Below, one piece after another: positions 35,528 through 43,589 of a stretch of DNA of 64,000 nt (position 1 is its first letter; the number at the start of each line of letters is the position of its first letter). The stretch spans positions 7,044-71,043 of the forward strand of contig DATJGU010000118.1 of NCBI GenBank assembly GCA_035494615.1. Direction: 5' to 3'. The position numbers were made by a program, and so were the translations under genes. The stretch is from Gemmatimonadaceae bacterium. Lineage in GTDB: Bacteria; Gemmatimonadota; Gemmatimonadetes; Gemmatimonadales; Gemmatimonadaceae. Under the pieces are notes generated by a model. That model made no database searches, had not been told where the DNA came from, and saw only the letters and a list, made by a program, of their open reading frames with translations.

Positions 35528-38245
35528 ATGCGCCTGCCCATCTCGTTCGTGTCAGTCCGCCGGTCGTCGCGGCTCGCCATTCGCGCGGCCGCGCCCGCGC
35601 TCGTGCTCCTCGGCTGCACGCCGTCCACGCCACCGGCGCCATCGCCGGGTCCGGCCACGACGTCGTCGGCTCCCGCGCCCGAGCCGTCGCGTTTCCAGCA
35701 GGACGTCCTGCTCGAGGGCGTGTTCGACGAGCCGACGGAGCTCTCCGTCGCGCACGACGGGCGCGTGTTCGTCGTCGAGCGCCATGGGACGGTCTCCGTC
35801 TACGACCCCGCGACGCACGCGCAGCGCGTGATCGCGCGGCTCGTCGTCAACGATACGGACGAGAATGGGCTCATCGGGCTCGCGCTCGATCCGGGGTTCG
35901 AGACGAACCACTGGCTCTATCTCAACCGCACCCTCGGCAATCATCACCGCCTCGCGCGGTTCACCCTCGAGGGCGATTCGCTGCGCGACGAGAAGCCGAT
36001 GATCGAGGTGCGCATCGACAAGGGATGTTGCCACACCGGCGGCTCGATCGCGTTCGACCGGCAGGGGCATCTCTTCGTCTCGTACGGCGACAACAGCAAT
36101 CCGTTCACCGCCGGCGACTACGCGCCGATCGATCCGACGCCGGGCAAGTCGCTCGCCGACGCGCTGCGCTCCGCGGGGAACACGCAGGACCTGCGCGGGA
36201 AGATCCTCCGCGTCACGCCGACGCCGGACGGCAAGTACACCATCCCGCCCGGGAATCTGTTCGCCGATCCGAAGGAAGGTCGCCCCGAGATCTACGTCAT
36301 GGGCGACCGCAACCCGTACCGCATCAGCGTCGACCAGCACACCGGATGGCTCTACTGGGGCGAGGTCGGGCCCGACGCGCGCCGGGATTCCGTGTACGGC
36401 CCCGAAGGGTTCGACGAGGTGAACCAGGCGAGACACGCCGGCAACTTCGGCTGGCCGATGTTCATCGCGAACAACCGCCCGTACCGCAATTACAACTTCA
36501 CGACGAAGCAGCTCTTCGACTTCTTCGATCCGAAGCACCCCGTCAACACCTCGCCGAACAACACGGGCGCGAAGGTGCTCCCGCCACCGCAGCCGGCGAT
36601 GATCTACTACCCGTACGAGCGGAGCACGATCTTCCCGCTCGTCGGCGAGGGCGGCCGCACGGCGATGGCGGGACCCGTCTACCACTACGACGACTTCGCC
36701 GGCTCCGCCGTTCGGCTCCCCGAGTATTACGACGGAAAGTTCATCCACTACGAGTGGATGCGCGGCTGGATGATGGCGACGACGCTGTCCCCCAGCGGCG
36801 ACTTCCTCCGCATGGAGCCCTTCCTGTCGCAGTTCACCTTCGATCATCCGGTCGACGTCGAGCTGGGGAGCGACGGCTCGCTCTACGTGCTCGAGTACGG
36901 CACCTACTGGAACGCGAAGAATCCGAACGCGCGACTGAGCCGGATCACGTATCATCCGGGCAATCGCCCGCCGGTGGCGAAGCTCGTCGCATCGCGCACG
37001 GTGGGCGCCGCGCCGCTCACGGTCGAGCTCTCCGCCGACTCGAGCTTCGATCGCGATCCGAACGACTCCGTGCAATTCACCTGGTCGATCGACGGCGTGC
37101 CCGACCGCGCTGGTGCGCGCATCACCCAGGCCTTTACGGCGCCGGGCCGGCATCACGTGCGGCTGCGCGTGCGCGACACGCGCGGTGCCGAAACCGAGGC
37201 GGCGACGGACATCCTCGTCGGCAACGCGCCTCCCACCGTGACCATCGGCATTGAAGGGAACCGTTCTTTCTACCGCGAGGGGGAGACGTTGACGTACGAC
37301 GTGAACGTCGCGGACCCGGAAGACGGCCGGCTCGGCGCCGGCATCGATCCCTCGAGGGTGCTCGTCACCATGTCGTTCGCGTCAGGCGGCGCGGCGGAGG
37401 CTCGAGCGGCGGCGAGCGGCGGCGGGCAGGCCGCCTCGGTGCCCGAAGGGCTCGCGCTCATCCGGAAGAGCGACTGCCTCGCCTGCCACGGCATCGACAA
37501 CACCTCGGTGGGCCCGTCGTACACCGCGGTCGCGCAGCGCTACGCCGGCCACCCGGAGGCGCTCGTGCAGCTCGTCTCCAAGGTCGCCACGGGCGGCACC
37601 GGCGTGTGGGGCGATCGCGTCATGCCGCCGCACCCGACGATCTCGGAAGACGATCGCCGCGCGATGGTCGCGTACATCCTGTCGCTGCGCTCGAACAAGC
37701 TCGCCCCCCGCGGACACGTTCCCCTCACCATGCACGCCGGCACGCGCGACGGTGCGTATCGCCTGCAAGCGATCTACGCCGATCAGCCGCGCAACGGCAT
37801 CGGCCCGCTCGCCGACACGGCGGTGGTCATCCTCCGCTCGCCACGCGTGCCGGCTTCGACGGCGACGGCGCTGCGCAACATCGGCATCACCTCGGGCCAG
37901 GGCGCGGACGGGACGACCCACATGCTCGTCACCGCGTACGCCGACACCTCGTCGTTCTCGCTCGGGCGGCTCGACCTCAGCGGGGTCGCGCGCGTGACGA
38001 TCGATTTCCACGGCACGGAGAACCGGCATCCGTTCACCGTCGAGCTTCGCGACGGCAGCCCGAGCGGCATGCTCCTCGGCGGCGCGAACGTCCGCCCCGC
38101 GAGCGACGCCTGGACGACGCAGTCGATCGACATCGCCTCGTCTGGCGAACACGCAGTGTACGTCGTGCTGCGCTCGCCGGATCGGGACGTCGGGCAGTTC
38201 GATCCGATGGTGACGGTCGACGCGATGACGTTCGAGCAGCGGTGA
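35528..38245 (+). CDS. PQQ-dependent sugar dehydrogenase (SGDH-like) fused to PKD, cytochrome c and carbohydrate-binding-like domains; lipoprotein
   Basis: Trimmed to the ATG at 35528 (lipobox LLGCT). Beta-propeller motifs ENGLIGLALDP and GDRNPYR. PKD-like segment. Heme site CLACHG. C-terminal beta domain. Confidence 0.85.
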   Translation: MRLPISFVSVRRSSRLAIRAAAPALVLLGCTPSTPPAPSPGPATTSSAPAPEPSRFQQDVLLEGVFDEPTELSVAHDGRVFVVERHGTVSVYDPATHAQRVIARLVVNDTDENGLIGLALDPGFETNHWLYLNRTLGNHHRLARFTLEGDSLRDEKPMIEVRIDKGCCHTGGSIAFDRQGHLFVSYGDNSNPFTAGDYAPIDPTPGKSLADALRSAGNTQDLRGKILRVTPTPDGKYTIPPGNLFADPKEGRPEIYVMGDRNPYRISVDQHTGWLYWGEVGPDARRDSVYGPEGFDEVNQARHAGNFGWPMFIANNRPYRNYNFTTKQLFDFFDPKHPVNTSPNNTGAKVLPPPQPAMIYYPYERSTIFPLVGEGGRTAMAGPVYHYDDFAGSAVRLPEYYDGKFIHYEWMRGWMMATTLSPSGDFLRMEPFLSQFTFDHPVDVELGSDGSLYVLEYGTYWNAKNPNARLSRITYHPGNRPPVAKLVASRTVGAAPLTVELSADSSFDRDPNDSVQFTWSIDGVPDRAGARITQAFTAPGRHHVRLRVRDTRGAETEAATDILVGNAPPTVTIGIEGNRSFYREGETLTYDVNVADPEDGRLGAGIDPSRVLVTMSFASGGAAEARAAASGGGQAASVPEGLALIRKSDCLACHGIDNTSVGPSYTAVAQRYAGHPEALVQLVSKVATGGTGVWGDRVMPPHPTISEDDRRAMVAYILSLRSNKLAPRGHVPLTMHAGTRDGAYRLQAIYADQPRNGIGPLADTAVVILRSPRVPASTATALRNIGITSGQGADGTTHMLVTAYADTSSFSLGRLDLSGVARVTIDFHGTENRHPFTVELRDGSPSGMLLGGANVRPASDAWTTQSIDIASSGEHAVYVVLRSPDRDVGQFDPMVTVDAMTFEQR

Positions 38246-38290
38246 GTAGGTGATGTGAGGAGCTGGTGAGTTGGTGAGTTGGTGAGGTGG
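38241..38290. repeat. G/T-rich short tandem repeat (GGTGAGTT-like)
   Basis: GGTGAGTAGGTGATGTGAGGAGCTGGTGAGTTGGTGAGTTGGTGAGGTGG. It starts on the TGA stop at 38243-38245. Confidence 0.75.
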
Positions 38291-38331
38291 CCATGGCCTC
38301 GGGACGCTACGGTGTGCCGGGGCCGTTGCTC

Positions 38332-38377
38332 TTGACGGCGCCATACGGGTGGGCTTACTATATCGCCAGGCGATATA
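38332..38377 (+). promoter_or_regulatory. candidate promoter with a 19-bp perfect palindromic operator upstream of the PadR gene
   Basis: TTGACG (38332-38337), 18-nt spacer, TACTAT (38356-38361). Palindrome TATATCGCC A GGCGATATA at 38359-38377. This is a local AT-rich patch. Confidence 0.55.
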
Positions 38378-38412
38378 CCGTTGCTCGTCATAGCTCCCCG
38401 GGTGAGGAAATC

Positions 38413-38781
38413 ATGGCCGGCAGAGAGGAACGAGATCCGGACGCGGAGCTGCCGCTCACGCCGGCAACCTTTCAGATCCTTCTCGCGCTCGTCGGGGAGG
38501 ACCGGCACGGGTACGCGATCATGCGCGAGGTGGCCGAGCGGACCGCCGACGCGGTGCGGCTCGGGCCCGGCACCCTGTACGGGTCGCTGAAACGGCTGCT
38601 CGAGGGTGGGCTCGTGGAGGAGGCGGGCGAGCGGCCCGACGAGGCGCTCGACGACGAGCGGCGGCGCTACTACCGCATCACGAAGTTCGGCTATGCCGTC
38701 GCGCGCGCCGAGGCACGCCGGCTCGAGGCCATGGTGAGCGAGGCGCGGCGCAAGAAGCTGTTGCGACCGAGGCCCGCATGA
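38413..38781 (+). CDS. PadR-family transcriptional regulator
   Basis: Trimmed to the ATG at 38413 with GAGGA upstream. ILLALVGEDRHGYAIMREV...GTLYGSLKRLLEGGLV...RRYYRIT. Confidence 0.9.
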   Translation: MAGREERDPDAELPLTPATFQILLALVGEDRHGYAIMREVAERTADAVRLGPGTLYGSLKRLLEGGLVEEAGERPDEALDDERRRYYRITKFGYAVARAEARRLEAMVSEARRKKLLRPRPA

Positions 38782-39383
38782 ATCGCCCCGCCAGCGCCGA
38801 CGAGCGCGTCTACGAGCTGCTGCTCCACCTGTATCCGGATCGCTTCCGCGCTGAGTACGGTGCCGAGCTTTCGCTCGCCTTCCGCGATGCCCGGCGCGAC
38901 GCAGGCGGCGCCGACATCCGATTCTGGACGGGCATCGTGCTCGACCTCGCGCGCAGCGCGCCCGCAGAGCGGGTCAGCACGCTGTGCGCGTATCGGGACC
39001 ACCTCTCTCCTCCGACGGAGACACACATGAAGACGATGGGCATTCTCGCCGTGCTGATCGGCGCGCTGCAGGCGGTCAACGCGATCGTGGAGCTCTCGGC
39101 GGGGGGCGTGCGCGACGGCGCATTACCGCTCTCCGTCGTGCTCCTCGCGCTCGTGTTGGGAGCGCTTCTCCTCGCCGCGGGTGTGGCCATGCTCGGCCGC
39201 TCGCGTCGTGCCGCGCCGCTGGCGCAGCTCTCGGCCGTCGCGTGGCTCGGGCTCGTCGTGCTCGTGCGCACGGTCCATCCGTGGATGTCGATCGCCTCGA
39301 CGATCCTCGCCGTCGTCTTCCCGCTGGCGCTGCTGATCTTCTTCCAGCTCGGTCGCGGCCGGCGCGCGGCAGGAACGGCGTGA
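38778..39383 (+). CDS. PadR-associated membrane protein (permease-prefix-like N-terminus)
   Basis: ATGA overlap with the PadR stop. YELLLHLYPDRFRAEYGAEL motif, then 3-4 TM segments. Confidence 0.6.
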   Translation: MNRPASADERVYELLLHLYPDRFRAEYGAELSLAFRDARRDAGGADIRFWTGIVLDLARSAPAERVSTLCAYRDHLSPPTETHMKTMGILAVLIGALQAVNAIVELSAGGVRDGALPLSVVLLALVLGALLLAAGVAMLGRSRRAAPLAQLSAVAWLGLVVLVRTVHPWMSIASTILAVVFPLALLIFFQLGRGRRAAGTA

Positions 39384-39413
39384 GGCGTCGCGCGCGGCGC
39401 GCCCCGAGCCCAC

Positions 39414-39920
39414 TCAGTGCGGCAAGCGGTCGCGCACGCGCGCGTACGTCCAGGTGCCGAGCATCGCGCTCGCGATCGCGACGCTCATGACGCCGACGCC
39501 GCTGCCGAGCAGCGCGAACAGCGGCCCGGGGCACGCGCCGGTGAGCGCCCAGCCGAAGCCGAAGATCGTCCCGCCGACGGCGTAGCGAACGCCGCGGCCG
39601 AGCGTCTTCGGCGGAACGACGATGGCATCGCCCCCGAGCGTGCGTCCCCACCGCCGCTTGAGGAGCTGCACGCTGACGATCGCCGTCGGCAGCGCCGTGG
39701 CGAAGATGCCGAACATGTGGAACCCCTGGAAGCGGAACATCTCCTGGATCCGGAACCACGAGATCACCTCGGCCTTCGTGATCGTGATGCCGAAGAGGAT
39801 GCCGACGAGGAGATAGATCCAGAGTCCAGGCGCGTACGGCCCGCGCGACGGAGCGACGCCGAACGTCGACGACCGCGGACGTCGCTCGACGTCGCGCTCC
39901 ACACCGGCGGCCGGAGTCAC
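39414..39920 (-). CDS. YeeE/YedE-family (sulfur-transport-like) membrane protein, half-size
   Basis: GFGWALTGACPGP motif. The GTG start at 39920 forms a GTGA overlap with the upstream gene's stop. The alternative GTG is at 39902. Confidence 0.8.
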   Translation of the reverse strand: MTPAAGVERDVERRPRSSTFGVAPSRGPYAPGLWIYLLVGILFGITITKAEVISWFRIQEMFRFQGFHMFGIFATALPTAIVSVQLLKRRWGRTLGGDAIVVPPKTLGRGVRYAVGGTIFGFGWALTGACPGPLFALLGSGVGVMSVAIASAMLGTWTYARVRDRLPH

Positions 39921-40489
39921 CGGAACGCTCCGAGCACGAGCGGCAGCAGCACGAAGGTGCCGAGCAGCCCGCCCGCGAAGAATCCCGCGAGCGCGACGAA
40001 CGACGGCGTCTCGAGATTGGCGACGCCGGTGATGCCGTGGCCGGATGTGCACCCGCCGGCGTACGCCGTGCCGAAGCCGACGAGGAACCCGCCGCCGCCG
40101 ATCAGCAGCCATCCACGCAGCGTCGTGAGGCTCGACCACGCGAAGAGCTCGCGCGGCACGAGCCCCGTGAAGTCGTGGATCCCGAGCGCCGCGAGCGCCG
40201 AGCGCGTCGCGTCGGAGATCGCGATCGGCTCCGGATTCCGGAACACGAGGCCGGCGAGCACCCCGCCGACGAGGATTCCCGCGACGAATGCGAGGTTCCA
40301 CCCGCCCTCGCGCCGCCAGTCGTAGCTGAGATACGGCAAGCCACGCGGCCCGATCGCCGCGCACAGGTGCCGGAGATTGCTCGACACGCCGAACAGCCGA
40401 TTGCCGAGCCAGAGCAGCAGCGGCGCGAACAGCCCGATCACCGGACCGGCGACGTACCAGGGCCAGGGGTGGAGAAGCAGAGCAGACAT
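39917..40489 (-). CDS. YeeE/YedE-family membrane protein, half-size
   Basis: GFGTAYAGGCTSGHG motif and multiple TM segments. Confidence 0.85.
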   Translation of the reverse strand: MSALLLHPWPWYVAGPVIGLFAPLLLWLGNRLFGVSSNLRHLCAAIGPRGLPYLSYDWRREGGWNLAFVAGILVGGVLAGLVFRNPEPIAISDATRSALAALGIHDFTGLVPRELFAWSSLTTLRGWLLIGGGGFLVGFGTAYAGGCTSGHGITGVANLETPSFVALAGFFAGGLLGTFVLLPLVLGAFR

Positions 40490-40518
40490 GAGTCGTTTCG
40501 CGGCTACGCCGTGGAGGG

Positions 40519-40594
40519 CGGTGCGTTGGTGTGTTGGTGTGTTGGTGTGTTGGTGTGTTGGTGTGTTGGTGTGTTGGTGTGTTGGTGTGTTGGT
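40519..40594. repeat. perfect octamer tandem repeat (GTGTTGGT) x7 with degenerate flanks
   Basis: Seven exact units span 40531-40586. The repeat lies 30 nt upstream of the YeeE-like start and about 50 nt downstream of the beta-helix gene stop. Confidence 0.9.
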
Positions 40595-40645
40595 GTGTGG
40601 TTCGTTCCGCGTCGCCGCCCGAGACCTTCCGTGCCGCGCGAGCGC

Positions 40646-42076
40646 TCAGTAGGTCGTCACCCGGAGCGCGTTCCCGATGTGCAGGTTCCCGTTCCGACAC
40701 CCCGTCGCGTTGACCCCGTCGTCGTACAGATTCCCGCCGACGACGATCCCCGAGTTCGTGCCCCCCTGCGCGAGATCGATGCAGTACGACATCCGCTTGG
40801 TGTCGATGACCGGATCCCGATCGAAGATGTGCAGGTTCGTGAGGCTGATCGACGTGCTGTTGCCGGCGAGCGCATCGAGCGCGATGCCCGCCCAGTAGTA
40901 GCTCGAGCGTCCGGTGTCGGTGATCACCACGCCGTCGACGGCGACGTTGGCGCTCCTGGCGATGCCGATGCCGTACCCGCCCGTGGAATCGATCGTCCCG
41001 CCGACGATGCTCACGTTGCGGCTGTCCTTGACGAAGATCCCGTAGCTCTCGGCCGACGGGGCGATGCTCGTCAGCACGTTGCCGTTGAGCGACACCTGGT
41101 CCGCGTCGCTGACGAAGATGCCGTGTCCGTTGGCGACGTTGCGCACGACGTTCCCCTGGACGACGGTGCTCACGAGCGACGAGCCTCCCGTGCGGTAGAC
41201 CGAGATGATCCCCCACGTCGTGGTGGACCCCCCGGTGATCGTGTTGGAGGCGACCACGTTGCCCGGCGAGGTGAACCCGGCGATGCCGCTCCCGATGGCG
41301 ATGCCCGCCGGCGTACCGGAGATGTCGTTGCCTTCGATGACGCAGCCCGCGCAGGTCTCCCCGACGATCCCGAAATCGGTCGCGTTCCGGATGCGGTTGA
41401 AGAGGATCTTGTTCCCGGGCCCGGCGACGTAGATCCCATCGGCGTAGTCGGTCAGCGTCCCGATGTTCTCGACGCGATTGTACTCGATCGTGTTGTCCGA
41501 ATTGCCGTCGTCGAAGAACGCGATTCCGGGGTGGAAGTTGCCGACCGTGTTCCGCACCACCACGTGGTGCACCCAGCAGCGCGCCGCGGTGTGGAGGCCG
41601 ATGCCGCTTCCCGGCTGCGTGTTGGCCGCGCGGTTGCCGTCGATGGTGAGGTGCGCAATCTCGCAGTTCGACAGGCCGGTGCCGGTGACCAGCCATTCCA
41701 GGTTCGCGCCGCTGTCCTGCGTCACGAGCGTGAGATCGTTGCCGATGAGCTTCGCGTCGTCGTGAAGCTCGAACGGAACGACGGACGCCGAGATCGTCAC
41801 GTTGCCCAGTCGCAGCTCGACGGGCTTCGTGGCGGATCCGAGGGCGACGGTCTGATCGATCCGCTGCGCGCCGGCGAAATCGGTGGCGTCCACCACGCCC
41901 CCCGTCTCGGGCAGCGCGGCGATCGCGGCGCTGATCCGCTCGCCGAGCGTCGCGCCGCCGAACGAGTGCGCATACACGTACGTCGCCACCGGTTCGACGG
42001 GCGGCGCGGTGGCGGTCGTCGCGTCGCTGCAGGAGAGGACCGCCCCGAAGAGGGCGAAGGGAAGAAATCGGCGCAT
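40646..42076 (-). CDS. right-handed parallel beta-helix repeat lipoprotein (paralog 1)
   Basis: Lipobox VLSCS. Periodic GN-x-V/I repeats (NTIEYNRVEN, VIEGNDIS, VVQGNVVRN). 476 aa. Confidence 0.8.
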   Translation of the reverse strand: MRRFLPFALFGAVLSCSDATTATAPPVEPVATYVYAHSFGGATLGERISAAIAALPETGGVVDATDFAGAQRIDQTVALGSATKPVELRLGNVTISASVVPFELHDDAKLIGNDLTLVTQDSGANLEWLVTGTGLSNCEIAHLTIDGNRAANTQPGSGIGLHTAARCWVHHVVVRNTVGNFHPGIAFFDDGNSDNTIEYNRVENIGTLTDYADGIYVAGPGNKILFNRIRNATDFGIVGETCAGCVIEGNDISGTPAGIAIGSGIAGFTSPGNVVASNTITGGSTTTWGIISVYRTGGSSLVSTVVQGNVVRNVANGHGIFVSDADQVSLNGNVLTSIAPSAESYGIFVKDSRNVSIVGGTIDSTGGYGIGIARSANVAVDGVVITDTGRSSYYWAGIALDALAGNSTSISLTNLHIFDRDPVIDTKRMSYCIDLAQGGTNSGIVVGGNLYDDGVNATGCRNGNLHIGNALRVTTY

Positions 42077-42148
42077 GGGCTCGGGAGCGAAGCCTAGCGC
42101 CCGGCGCGGCGTCGTGGCAGTCCGCGCTCGCGCCCCGGCGAGCGGACG

Positions 42149-43579
42149 TCAGTCGGTCCGGACCCGAACGGCGCTCCCGATCCGGACGGTGCCGCTCCGG
42201 CAGCCGATCGCGTTCACGCCGTCGTCGAACAGGTTCCCGTCGAGCAGGACGCCGGCCGCCGTGCCTCCCTGCGCGAAGTCGATGCAGTAGGACATGCGCT
42301 TCGCGGCCCGCACCGTGTCGCGGTCGAACACGTGCAGCCCGCGGAGGCTGATCGACGTGCTGCGTCCACGCACGACGTCGAGGCCGACGCCGGCGCTGAT
42401 GGTGCTCGAGCGGCTCGCGTCGGTGATGAGCACGTTCGCGACGGCCACGTTGGCGCTCCCGCCGATGCCGATGCCGAAGCTGCCCGTCCGGTCGATCGAT
42501 CCGCCGACGATGTTCACGTCGCGGCTGTTGCGCACCAGAATCCCGTAGCTCGAGCCGGCGACGCCGATGTCGGCCAGCAGGTTTCCCTCGAGCGACACCT
42601 GCTCCGCCTCGGACACGAGGATCCCGTGTCCCTCGCGAACCTCGCGCACGACGTTGCCGCGCACGATCGTCGACACCGGCGCCGCGCCGTGGATCCGGTA
42701 GACGCTGATCATTCCCCACGCGCCGCTGTGGCCGCCGACGACGACGTTCCCCTCGACGACGTTCGCCGCCGCGCGACGATTGGCGACGCCGCTCCCGACG
42801 GCGATCCCGGCCGGTGCCTCGGTGACGTGGTTCCCCATGATCACGCATCCGGCGCACGATTCCCCGACGATGCCGAAGTCGGTCGTGCGCCGCACGTCGT
42901 TGAACAGCACGCGGTTTCCCGGCCCCGAGACGTAGATGCCGTCGCCGCTCCCGGTCGTGCCGATGTCCTCCACGAGGGTGTGCTCCACGGTGTTGTCCTC
43001 GTTGCCGTCGTCGTGGAACGCGATGCCGGGATGCTCCCGCCCGACCGTGTTGCGGACCACGAGACCGTGGAGCGAGCAGCGCTTCACCGAGTGCAGTGCG
43101 ATCGCGCTGCCCGCGCCGCGGTTGTGCGCGCGATTGCCGTCGACGGTGAGATTCGCGATCTCGCAATCGGCGATGCGCCGTCCGACGACGAGCGCCGCGA
43201 GATTTGCCCCGTCCGCCTGGATCAGCGTCGTGTGGCCGTTGCCGACGAGCTTCGCCCCGTCGAACAGCTCGAACAGGGTGTCGCTGCCGACGAACGTGAT
43301 GCTGCCGAGCCGCAGCTCCACGCGCTTCGTCGGCGAACCGAGCGCGATCGTTCGCGCGACACGCTCCGTTCCCGTATAGGCGCTCGCGTCGACGATGCCG
43401 CCGGCGGCGGGGAGCGCGGCGATCGCGGCCCGGATCCGGTCCGGCACCGATTCGCCGGGAAAGTCTTCCGCGCGCAGATAGCCCCCGCTCTCCCCGGCGT
43501 CCGCGACCCTCCCACGCGCCGTCAGCGGGACGAGGAGCGCGAGCGCGAGGGCCAGCGGCTTGCTCGAGCGCCGGATCAT
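42149..43579 (-). CDS. right-handed parallel beta-helix repeat protein (paralog 2)
   Basis: 476 aa. Collinear with the 40646-42076 product over its whole length and, by eye, more than half identical (for example HPGIAF.DDGN.DNT and KRMSYCID.AQGGT). Confidence 0.8.
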   Translation of the reverse strand: MIRRSSKPLALALALLVPLTARGRVADAGESGGYLRAEDFPGESVPDRIRAAIAALPAAGGIVDASAYTGTERVARTIALGSPTKRVELRLGSITFVGSDTLFELFDGAKLVGNGHTTLIQADGANLAALVVGRRIADCEIANLTVDGNRAHNRGAGSAIALHSVKRCSLHGLVVRNTVGREHPGIAFHDDGNEDNTVEHTLVEDIGTTGSGDGIYVSGPGNRVLFNDVRRTTDFGIVGESCAGCVIMGNHVTEAPAGIAVGSGVANRRAAANVVEGNVVVGGHSGAWGMISVYRIHGAAPVSTIVRGNVVREVREGHGILVSEAEQVSLEGNLLADIGVAGSSYGILVRNSRDVNIVGGSIDRTGSFGIGIGGSANVAVANVLITDASRSSTISAGVGLDVVRGRSTSISLRGLHVFDRDTVRAAKRMSYCIDFAQGGTAAGVLLDGNLFDDGVNAIGCRSGTVRIGSAVRVRTD

Positions 43580-43589
43580 CCGCGCGCGG

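Noticed and set aside
40377-40713. Small plus-strand ORFs translating the octamer repeat (CWCVGVLV...)
   Set aside because: The periodic translation is produced purely by the tandem repeat. There is no start context, and the region is intergenic between well-supported minus-strand genes.
39414-43166. 1250-aa minus-strand ORF
   Set aside because: Only the last 168 codons (YeeE/YedE-like) look real. Upstream of them the frame runs out of frame through the other YeeE gene and the two beta-helix genes and is Arg/His-rich junk. It also crosses the octamer repeat, giving HQHTNTPT repeats.
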